A stretch of DNA of 23,980 nucleotides from a virus. A model generated the notes under the pieces. That model saw nothing but the letters and a program-made list of their open reading frames with translations. It made no database searches and was not told the DNA's origin. Location of the stretch: the IMG/VR virus record IMGVR_UViG_3300009124_000003. The stretch is one strand, 5' to 3'. This document shows, piece by piece, positions 17,150 through 23,980 of this stretch. Numbering within the stretch: the first letter of the stretch is position 1; every line of letters starts with the position of its first letter. The position numbers and the translations under genes were made by a program.

Positions 17150-17175
17150 CAGTACCGGTATCCTGCGATAGTCAT
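17149..17175 (-). CDS. Putative leaderless uORF MTIAGYRY coupled to the giant gene
   Basis: ATG is 6 nt after the -10 TAAAAT; its TGA shares the A of the giant gene ATG (TGATG). Confidence 0.55.
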   Translation of the reverse strand: MTIAGYRY

Positions 17176-17181
17176 GTTTCT

Positions 17182-17211
17182 ATTTTACTCTACAAACACC
17201 TCATATGTAAA
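17182..17211 (-). promoter_or_regulatory. Promoter TTTACA-N18-TAAAAT
   Basis: Same spacing as the other promoters; directly upstream of the giant gene. Confidence 0.7.
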
Positions 17212-17213
17212 GC

Positions 17214-17268
17214 GCCGAAGCCCGGGAAAGGACGAAAGGGTAGGGAAAGCGCTTTCCCGGGCTTCAGC
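17214..17268 (-). terminator. Long hairpin after the primase gene
   Basis: GCTGAAGCCCGGGAAAG...CTTTCCCGGGCTTCGGC; the short U tract overlaps the next -35. Confidence 0.6.
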
Positions 17269-17272
17269 AGAA

Positions 17273-19216
17273 CTACCAAGGACTAACCTCGTCATCGAAA
17301 AGGCCGTCTGCAAGAGCCTCGTTCATCTCCTCATCGGTGCGCTGAGGGGCCTGAGCAATCTGAGCGTCTTCGTCGGTTTCAGCCCACTCAACAACCTCGA
17401 ACGGCCAAGTAGCGCCACGCTTTGTCAACAGCGGCCACTCTCGCTTCTCACGCTGGCCACGGTAGTGATTGAACTGAATAAGCGACGGGTCAGTGATATC
17501 TGGCGTTAAAGCGATACCGAACTCAGACCAACGAGACCACACAGCAGAGCCGAACGGGCGCAGGTCACGGCGGTTCTGCTCACCCAGCGGAGCGTGGTGC
17601 TCCAACCACAGGGCGCAGTCGTACTCGACACGGATATAATCCAGGAATCGTACAATCTCGCCACAAACGGCCTCAGCGGTCTTGCCGCCAGGGTCAAGGA
17701 AAGACTTGTAGATCGGCCCGAAGAACAGGATGTCGGGGTTAGTGTTAGCGACATGCTCTTCGATCATGGCCTGATCACGCGAAGTCAGAAGGTTCACGCC
17801 GTCAGGCTTCATCACGAGATGAGCGCCGTCCATATTGCCTTCCTGACCGAACGCCTTGATGCGATCGTAGATCTTGCCGGTGGCACGACGGATGATGCGC
17901 TCCGGGTTCTCAAGGTCAATCATCAAGGTACGCAACGGGTCCATCGGCGTTCGGCGGAACGGGTGAATGCCAGCAGATGACATCATCGCAACCTGACGGG
18001 CAAGAGTGGTCTTACCAGCACCCTCAGAAGCAACAACCATCACACGGTCGCCACGCTCTAGAAGGTTCGGGATGATCCAGTCATAGCTGATGTCGGCGTC
18101 TTCCTCAAGGAACTCGTTCCACTTGACAGCGATACCCGTGTCAGTCTTGTCGCCCGTGGTAAGCAGAAGCTGACCTGCTGCACGACGAATAGCGGTCGCT
18201 GCCGCAGTCGGGTCGCTAGTGGTGTTCTTAATCATTGCCGCTTCTGCCATAAACCGGTCGATAGGGCTGTCGCCTACCTGAACCGGAATAGAATCAACTT
18301 GATCTTCATGGTAATGGTCATCAGTCGGCTCAGGAGCGCCGTCGTCGTCCTGCGGAAGAAGATCGACAGGGTCGATCTCGGTAAGAGCAGACATCAAGCT
18401 GCCTTCCAGACCAGCCGCAACAAGGTCAGAAACATCCTTGTGCTCGCCTGGCTGAAACACCTTGACCTTGCAGTCACGGTCCCAAAGCTGCTGACGGACC
18501 TCGACAGCATGACGATAGCCAGGCTCGTCGTTGTCCACAATGATAGCGACGTTAGCGCCTGCCAGAGCGTCGCTATGATACGGCATCCACTTTTTCTGGC
18601 CAGCGCCACCGGCACCGCCAGGGTTCGTAGTGGCCTGAAGGCCGAAGTTGTCAACCAGAGTCTCAACATCCTTCTCGCCCTCAACAATCCAGACAGTTTC
18701 GCCGTCGGTAACGGCGCGCAGGATCTGCGGAAGACGATAGAGAGGCTTCTGAAGGTCGTCAGTCTTCCATTCCCAGCCGCCTTGCTCAGAAGGCTTACGC
18801 TGAAGGAACGTCTTGCGACCGTCCTCGTAAACGTAGCGGAGAACTTCCATAACCAGACTACCGTTCTCGTCAAAGTACTTGTAGGTGTTGGTCAGCTTCT
18901 TCTCGCCGCCTTTACCGCCGCCACGAGTACCGGGAACCGGGGAAGTCTTAGGAACGTTGATGGTGACCTTGTTTTCTTGACCGTCGTCCGGCCAGAGGTC
19001 GTTCATCTCTAGGTTGATCGACTTGCAAATCTCGTCAACAGAGCAGCCACCGCCACGGAGACACTTCAGTAACACCTGATCCTCACGGCCGATGCCAATA
19101 CGCAGCGACGGGTTCTTGTCGTCGTTGCGGCACGGGCAAGCAGCATTGTACTGGCCTTTAGAGCCAGAAACGTTGTCAAGGCGTGAAAGTACTTCATCAA
19201 TAGGCGAGGTGTTCAT
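17273..19216 (-). CDS. DNA primase-helicase (Zn finger, TOPRIM, RepA/AAA_25 helicase)
   Basis: CPC..D..PSL...C...C; WIVEGEKDV, IVDNDEPG; ASEGAGKTT Walker A, IDLENP, LEHH, RPFGSAVW. Confidence 0.92.
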   Translation of the reverse strand: MNTSPIDEVLSRLDNVSGSKGQYNAACPCRNDDKNPSLRIGIGREDQVLLKCLRGGGCSVDEICKSINLEMNDLWPDDGQENKVTINVPKTSPVPGTRGGGKGGEKKLTNTYKYFDENGSLVMEVLRYVYEDGRKTFLQRKPSEQGGWEWKTDDLQKPLYRLPQILRAVTDGETVWIVEGEKDVETLVDNFGLQATTNPGGAGGAGQKKWMPYHSDALAGANVAIIVDNDEPGYRHAVEVRQQLWDRDCKVKVFQPGEHKDVSDLVAAGLEGSLMSALTEIDPVDLLPQDDDGAPEPTDDHYHEDQVDSIPVQVGDSPIDRFMAEAAMIKNTTSDPTAAATAIRRAAGQLLLTTGDKTDTGIAVKWNEFLEEDADISYDWIIPNLLERGDRVMVVASEGAGKTTLARQVAMMSSAGIHPFRRTPMDPLRTLMIDLENPERIIRRATGKIYDRIKAFGQEGNMDGAHLVMKPDGVNLLTSRDQAMIEEHVANTNPDILFFGPIYKSFLDPGGKTAEAVCGEIVRFLDYIRVEYDCALWLEHHAPLGEQNRRDLRPFGSAVWSRWSEFGIALTPDITDPSLIQFNHYRGQREKREWPLLTKRGATWPFEVVEWAETDEDAQIAQAPQRTDEEMNEALADGLFDDEVSPW

Positions 19217-19704
19217 CAGTGTGCGTCCTTTGTGTCAAATCCGTAGTTGTTCAAAATCCAGGCTTCACGTTCCTTTTCGTAAAGCGACGTAAACATATCA
19301 CGGTCGCCGTTAGTCGTCAAATCCTGTGCCCGGTTACTGCCAAGCTTGCGAATCGTGATCTTCAAAACTTCGTGGAGTTCCTTGTGGTTGTCTGTGCCAG
19401 CCGTGCCGTTGTATAGAGCGGCACGATTCGTCTGCAACTGACTCCACGCCTCAGGGGCCGATGGAGGCAGATCGTCTTCTTGCATCATGGCGATAGCTTC
19501 GACGCGCAGCTCGCCCGGTCGGGGCGCCCACTGTCGGCCAGCAACAGCCATGTCTTTGATAACTTTTGCTACCGCAGGGGCAGGCAAGTCTCCGATGTAT
19601 TCGTAAAACGCCTTTGCCCGGGCGGTAATTGTTGCTTGATCCATCGGCTTGTCCCATGAGACGGACAGCAGTTCGATAACTTCAAGACATTCTTTCTTGT
19701 CCAT
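19216..19704 (-). CDS. Putative helicase loader/inhibitor (G39P-like)
   Basis: MDKKE...I.LL...W, WAPRPGELR, PSAPEAW; TGATG-coupled to the primase-helicase. Confidence 0.65.
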   Translation of the reverse strand: MDKKECLEVIELLSVSWDKPMDQATITARAKAFYEYIGDLPAPAVAKVIKDMAVAGRQWAPRPGELRVEAIAMMQEDDLPPSAPEAWSQLQTNRAALYNGTAGTDNHKELHEVLKITIRKLGSNRAQDLTTNGDRDMFTSLYEKEREAWILNNYGFDTKDAH

Positions 19705-19741
19705 AGGTGATCCTTTCGTTCCTTATTCTTTCCCTGCTGAT

Positions 19742-19771
19742 AACCTAATTCAAAGCTGCATGGACTGTCAA
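19742..19771 (-). promoter_or_regulatory. Promoter TTGACA-N18-TAGGTT
   Basis: Consensus hexamers upstream of the loader/primase operon. Confidence 0.75.
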
Positions 19772-19784
19772 GCCTGAGAACCAG

Positions 19785-19810
19785 AAAACCCCCCGCCGAA
19801 GCAGGGGGCC
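19785..19810 (-). terminator. Intrinsic terminator
   Basis: CCCCCTGC-TTCG-GCGGGGGG followed by TTTT; cUUCGg tetraloop. Confidence 0.8.
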
Positions 19811-19836
19811 TTCCGTCTAACATCTCTGACTTTATG

Positions 19837-20079
19837 TCAGAGGACTTCCGAGGTCTCGATCAGTGCGACTAGCTCAGCCTTGTTTAGGCGTGCGTAACCG
19901 CTTAGATCAAGATCTCGCGCCATCTCTACAAGCTCAGCCTTGGTTTTATTGGCAAGATCAGTAAGATCTTCGACTGCATCTTCAATGGCATCTTCGATAG
20001 CGTCTTCAGCGATGTCTAGAGAAGCCTTAGCTTGTCGGCTGAACAGTGCGCGAAGCCGTTCAATAATACGATTCAACAT
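19837..20079 (-). CDS. Small protein with Rho_N-like helix-extension-helix domain
   Basis: LANKTKAELVEMARDLDLSGYARLNKAELVALI; AGGAG SD. Confidence 0.8.
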   Translation of the reverse strand: MLNRIIERLRALFSRQAKASLDIAEDAIEDAIEDAVEDLTDLANKTKAELVEMARDLDLSGYARLNKAELVALIETSEVL

Positions 20080-20094
20080 TTCACTCCTTCCTGA

Positions 20095-20523
20095 CTAGAA
20101 GGGCTCGTTGTTGGGGTCGTACGCAGGCGTCGGGGCCGGAGCGGACTGACGCGAGTCCCCGCCGTAGTTTCCGCTCTTCGGATTGCGCTGAATCGAAGCG
20201 CTAGCCCACTTCAGAGAAGGAGCGACGTCGTCAGCAACGAAGCTGACCTTCGAACGGTTCTCACCTTCTGGCGTAGTCCAGCGGTCCTGCTGGAAATGAC
20301 CAGTGACCGTCACGCGATCGCCCTTGCTAAGGGACTGCACAACGTTGTCAGCAAGCGCACGGAAGCAGCTAACATCGAAGAACGAAGTTTCGTCTTCACC
20401 GTCCTGCTTGCGCTTGTTCCACGCAATACCGAAGTTTGCAATCGACATCCCGCCGTTGGTCACCTTATGCTCGGGGTCCCGAGTCACGTTTCCAGTTACG
20501 GAAGCATTGTTGTCATAAGCCAT
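20095..20523 (-). CDS. ssb: Single-stranded DNA-binding protein (actinobacterial type)
   Basis: GNVTRDPE, TSFFDV.CF..LADNV..SL.KGDRV.VTG, ADDVAPSL.WA, C-terminal EPF. Confidence 0.96.
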   Translation of the reverse strand: MAYDNNASVTGNVTRDPEHKVTNGGMSIANFGIAWNKRKQDGEDETSFFDVSCFRALADNVVQSLSKGDRVTVTGHFQQDRWTTPEGENRSKVSFVADDVAPSLKWASASIQRNPKSGNYGGDSRQSAPAPTPAYDPNNEPF

Positions 20524-20581
20524 GATTGTACCTCATTTCTGTGTGTCTTGTTAATGGCTTGTGAGTTTTGCTCACGAAGGT

Positions 20582-20611
20582 AGCTTATATTAGTTTTGTG
20601 AACCGTGTCAA
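20582..20611 (-). promoter_or_regulatory. Promoter TTGACA-N18-TAAGCT (ssb)
   Basis: Consensus hexamers in the divergent intergenic region. Confidence 0.75.
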
Positions 20612-20671
20612 GTCTTGATCTGTTGTCATAGAATATCAACACGTATTGATTTATTGAAAGTGAGTTTACTC

Positions 20672-20896
20672 ATGGCTTCCAAGGAAAACGACATTCAGCA
20701 AGCAAATCTGGCCATTAGCGAATTCATCGCTGATTTCCTTTGTTTCATTGATCGTGAAGGCGGCGCTGCCAACGAAGAACATTTCGAATCGAACCTTCTT
20801 GTCGCTGATTTGCTGCTACAGAGCCTCGGTTTTAACATCACCGATGTGACTGAAGAGGGTAAGATTATCACTGAGATCTCGATCGGTCTTGGCTGA
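20672..20896 (+). CDS. Hypothetical acidic protein
   Basis: First gene of the + strand block; ATG 20672 chosen over the upstream TTG. Confidence 0.7.
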   Translation: MASKENDIQQANLAISEFIADFLCFIDREGGAANEEHFESNLLVADLLLQSLGFNITDVTEEGKIITEISIGLG

Positions 20897-20926
20897 GACA
20901 GTCAAAATATCAGGTAAACTAGAATT

Positions 20927-21718
20927 ATGCAGATTATCACTAGACCATATCGAAACGACGGCCCTATCAACAAGCTTGTTGTGTCGTTGAACAATTCAGT
21001 CCACGTTAGTCCAATCCTTCAGGTTATCGAATCTACTGGTCGTGCTCCTCACGTCCTTGTTGACCACGAGGGCAACGTGGAAGTTCTTGCTGACCCTCGT
21101 CAGGCCGTTGTGCCGTTCCGGGGCCAAAATCTACGTTCACCGCATGATGAGTCTCCCGCTGTTTGGGTTGAGTTCACCGGCACCGGGCCTGATGATCTGG
21201 CAGATATTGATGTTGTTGGTATTCTTAAGAGCCTGTGTGAGCAGTTTGGTGTTGAGTACGTTTTCCCGACTGTTCCAGACGCCCTTGCTCGAAAGACTTA
21301 CACCAGCACTGCGGGTATTGTTCAGCGTAAGTCGCTGCGTGGTCATGCTAATGCTACGGCTCTTCCTATCCCGACTCCGACTAAGCCTGTTACTGTTGAG
21401 GAATGGGAAGCTTACGAAGCTGAAAAGGGCGAGATTTCCGCTCTTGAGGCTCCTGCCTCCAACTTCGAAGTGCAAGAAGAAGAACCTGAGGTCGTTGAAG
21501 AGTCTGCCGCCGAGTGGCCAGAGTTCAAGGGCCGCCCTCTCAAGCTCGGTTCTAAGAGCGAAAAGATCGCACTCATCGCTGAAGCCCACGGGCTCGAATC
21601 CGTCGAATACGACGAAGACATCGAGATGCTCGTGACTTCCACGCAGGAAGAAGCTGGCCTTGAGGCCGACGGCGTGATTGACGCTGCTACCTGGGCAGCC
21701 CTTAACCCTAACACGTAA
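20927..21718 (+). CDS. Degenerate amidase-like protein with C-terminal peptidoglycan-binding domain
   Basis: APHVLVDHEGNV and AVWVEFTG resemble Amidase_2 strands; LKLGSK...Q...GLEADGVIDAATWAAL resembles PG_binding_1. ATG is 6 nt after TAAACT (leaderless). Confidence 0.65.
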   Translation: MQIITRPYRNDGPINKLVVSLNNSVHVSPILQVIESTGRAPHVLVDHEGNVEVLADPRQAVVPFRGQNLRSPHDESPAVWVEFTGTGPDDLADIDVVGILKSLCEQFGVEYVFPTVPDALARKTYTSTAGIVQRKSLRGHANATALPIPTPTKPVTVEEWEAYEAEKGEISALEAPASNFEVQEEEPEVVEESAAEWPEFKGRPLKLGSKSEKIALIAEAHGLESVEYDEDIEMLVTSTQEEAGLEADGVIDAATWAALNPNT

Positions 21719-21740
21719 TCGTCCTAAAGGAGGGTGCTAG

Positions 21741-23141
21741 ATGAAGTATCCTGGTACAATTATTAAGCGCGGTTCCAATAACGCTGACGCTGTCAAGTTT
21801 GTGCAGACTGTTGTTGGCGCTACCATTGATGGAATCTTTGGCCCTGGAACCGAAGCATACGTCAAATCGTGGCAGAAAGCCAACGGTCTTTCGGCAGATG
21901 GTATGGTCGGTCCTGCTTCTTGGGCTGTCATGCTCGATTCTCAGGCACAGAAGCCCGAAGAGGTTACTGGACCGAAAGTTAACCTTGCGTCCGGCTCCGT
22001 TGTTGTGACTGGCGATAAGGGCGCTGATATTATGAATATGGTGACGGTCGATCGCACCGAGTGGGATACGACCGAGCCCGAGCGCGCCGCTAAGCGTTCT
22101 TGGAGCCAGGTTACTGGCATTGAAATCCATTACACTGGCTCGCCCGGACCAAAGTCGCTTACTTTCACAGACAAACGGCAGTGGCTGCTTAATATCGAAC
22201 GTTATCACGAGAAGACTAAGGGCTGGTCCGATATCTTCTACAACATGTTTGTTTTCGCTGATGGCGAAGTTTGGCTGGGCCGCAACCCGCTGGTTCAGTC
22301 TCAAGCAAGCTTGTTCAACTGGCTGACTGTCCACGTTCCTGGAACTGTGGGCATGGAGCTGACTGAGATTCAGAAGTCAAAGATTGCAGCTATGGCTGAT
22401 ATCGTTGGTGGTTCTCTACGAGGTCATCAAGAACGGGCCGCTACTGGTTGCCCGGGCGAGTCTGCTATGCGTTTCATCAAGTCATACCGTGCTGGAAGTT
22501 ACGAGCCTGTCGCCCCAATCGACTGGGAAGCGATCGCTTTGTGGGTCGAGGCTGTAAAGTCAGTGCATCCTGATTGGATTCAGTCTGATGAAGGGCGCTG
22601 GTATGGTTGGGACGGCGAAGCGGTTGTTGAAATTCCCACCGAGCAAGTAGCTGATCGACTGGCTGCTAAGGCTGCTAAGGAAGCTGCTGCTAAGGCTGCC
22701 GCTGAAGAGGCTGCTCGTATTGCTGCTGAAGAGGCTGATCGTCTTGAGGCAGAGCGTGTTGCTGCTGAGGAGAAAGCACGAAAGGCGGCTGAGGAAGCTG
22801 CACGCCTTGAGGCTGAGCGTCTTGCCGAGGAAGCTGCCGCAGAAGTCGCTGCTGAAGTCGCCCGTCTTGAAGCAGAGCGCGTTGCTGCTGAAGCTGCCGC
22901 AGTTGCTGCTGCTCAAGAAGCTGCCGCTAAAGCCGCTGAAGAGGCAGCAATTGCTGCTGCCGAACAAGAAGCGTTCATTAAAGCTAATCGTATTGCTGCT
23001 GAAGTCAACGCAATCAAAAATGAGCGTAAGGTTGAGACTGACGAAGCTGAACAGTCATGCTGCAAGCCTGTTAAAAGTACTGAGATCAGCGGACTTCTAC
23101 ACAAGTTTATCAACTGGCTTGTCAGCCTCTTCAAGGAGTAA
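21741..23141 (+). CDS. Endolysin: PG-binding domain, PGRP/T7-type amidase and long Ala/Glu/Arg helical tail
   Basis: DGIFGPGT...WQKANGLSADGMVGPASW; IEIHYTG, YH...GWSDIFYN, GHQERAATGCPG; AAGGAGG SD. Confidence 0.88.
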   Translation: MKYPGTIIKRGSNNADAVKFVQTVVGATIDGIFGPGTEAYVKSWQKANGLSADGMVGPASWAVMLDSQAQKPEEVTGPKVNLASGSVVVTGDKGADIMNMVTVDRTEWDTTEPERAAKRSWSQVTGIEIHYTGSPGPKSLTFTDKRQWLLNIERYHEKTKGWSDIFYNMFVFADGEVWLGRNPLVQSQASLFNWLTVHVPGTVGMELTEIQKSKIAAMADIVGGSLRGHQERAATGCPGESAMRFIKSYRAGSYEPVAPIDWEAIALWVEAVKSVHPDWIQSDEGRWYGWDGEAVVEIPTEQVADRLAAKAAKEAAAKAAAEEAARIAAEEADRLEAERVAAEEKARKAAEEAARLEAERLAEEAAAEVAAEVARLEAERVAAEAAAVAAAQEAAAKAAEEAAIAAAEQEAFIKANRIAAEVNAIKNERKVETDEAEQSCCKPVKSTEISGLLHKFINWLVSLFKE

Positions 23142-23156
23142 CCCACACTTCATCAA

Positions 23157-23203
23157 AAGAAAAGCCCCCGGCATGTGGAGAGTCACACCGGGGGCTTTTT
23201 CTT
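23157..23203. terminator. Bidirectional intrinsic terminator between convergent genes
   Basis: AAGAAAAGCCCCCGG...CCGGGGGCTTTTTCTT. Confidence 0.85.
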
Positions 23204-23222
23204 GTGTGTGGGATGATGAAGG

Positions 23223-23980
23223 CTACTGTTCTTCGCCTTCAATACTGGAACCGTATGAGTAGATGTCCACACCTACCGCATTACGTCCCAGATCATTAGC
23301 AACCTGTAGCGTGGTTCCACTACCGACAAACGGATCTAGAACCGTGTCGCCCTCGTTCGTGGTAAGCAGCACACAGCGCCGAACCAGTTCTTGCGGGAAC
23401 GGTGCCATGTGCTTGCGCTTGCCACGGTAAGGAGGGAACCGCCACACGTCGCCACGATCCATGCCTTCTTCTTTAAGAAACTCGTCATGGAAAGTGTAAT
23501 TCATGCTCTTGGAAAACATCATGATCTTTTCAGAAGAAACACCAGGGCGCTTTGTGTGCTTAGGAGATTCAGGACGAAGAGTTTCTTTATCCCAAGTAAT
23601 CATAGATCGCAGCAGCCACCCGGTATTTTCTTGGATAGCAATAGCCACCCTTTCAGGTACCAGGCACCACTGACCCTTACGGATACCCGTGTCTCCTTGG
23701 CGATAGAGCGGAACGTCGCTCTTTGAGCCAGATGCTTTGAAATCGCCGCCTGCACCGCCAGACCCGCTAGCTGTGTCGCCAACGTTGAGCCAAAACACTC
23801 CCGTGTCTTTAACACATGAGTGCATCTTTTCTGCGACTCGAACCATATCGTTTACATAATCGTCAAGTGACCCACGACCGATCTCGCGCTCCGAGTCGCC
23901 GTAGCTACGAAGACCGAAGTAAGGCGGGCTGGTCACGACGCAGTCGATGCTATTTGCTTCGATCTCTACGTCACGAGCAT
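23223..23980 (-). CDS. Beta-class N4/N6 DNA methyltransferase (5'-partial)
   Basis: The frame is open to the window edge (ARDVEIEANSIDCVVTSPPY); WLNVGD, H.APFP..L, VLDPFVGSGTT. SPPY suggests m4C. Confidence 0.92.
   Translation of the reverse strand, partial: ARDVEIEANSIDCVVTSPPYFGLRSYGDSEREIGRGSLDDYVNDMVRVAEKMHSCVKDTGVFWLNVGDTASGSGGAGGDFKASGSKSDVPLYRQGDTGIRKGQWCLVPERVAIAIQENTGWLLRSMITWDKETLRPESPKHTKRPGVSSEKIMMFSKSMNYTFHDEFLKEEGMDRGDVWRFPPYRGKRKHMAPFPQELVRRCVLLTTNEGDTVLDPFVGSGTTLQVANDLGRNAVGVDIYSYGSSIEGEEQ

Noticed and set aside
22650-23020. TolA or tape-measure call for the Ala-rich region
   Set aside because: Only compositional similarity; it is an in-frame tail of the amidase.
23223-23980. 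Complete restriction-modification system or a GTCGAC specificity call
   Set aside because: No endonuclease is in the window, and specificity cannot be read from this sequence.

Overview
This window looks like part of a large lytic-type dsDNA phage of an actinobacterial host; the SSB and CobO styles, TTGACA-N18-TANNNT promoters, leaderless starts and a Gram-positive LexA box point that way, though the host call is inference. It opens with an ~830-bp non-coding GTCGAC/GCGAT low-complexity array and a palindrome cluster containing an SOS box. A long minus-strand block follows: SNF2/HARP helicase, tRNA-Gln, ThyX, three ribbon-helix-helix genes, tRNA-Arg, cobO, tRNA-Ser, a GT4 glycosyltransferase, a 2535-aa polyvalent protein, primase-helicase, helicase loader, a Rho_N protein and ssb. 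A divergent plus-strand lysis block (degenerate amidase, endolysin) and a partial beta-class DNA methyltransferase close the window. The standout is the 2535-aa protein. By motif reading it joins a class II CCA-adding enzyme, a Tpt1/KptA-like ART fold, a LanKC/OspF-like phosphothreonine lyase domain, a zincin peptidase and a second ART domain. It is preceded by a leaderless 8-codon uORF coupled to its start, and one nearby phage tRNA lacks an encoded CCA. All domain calls are by eye, with no searches run.
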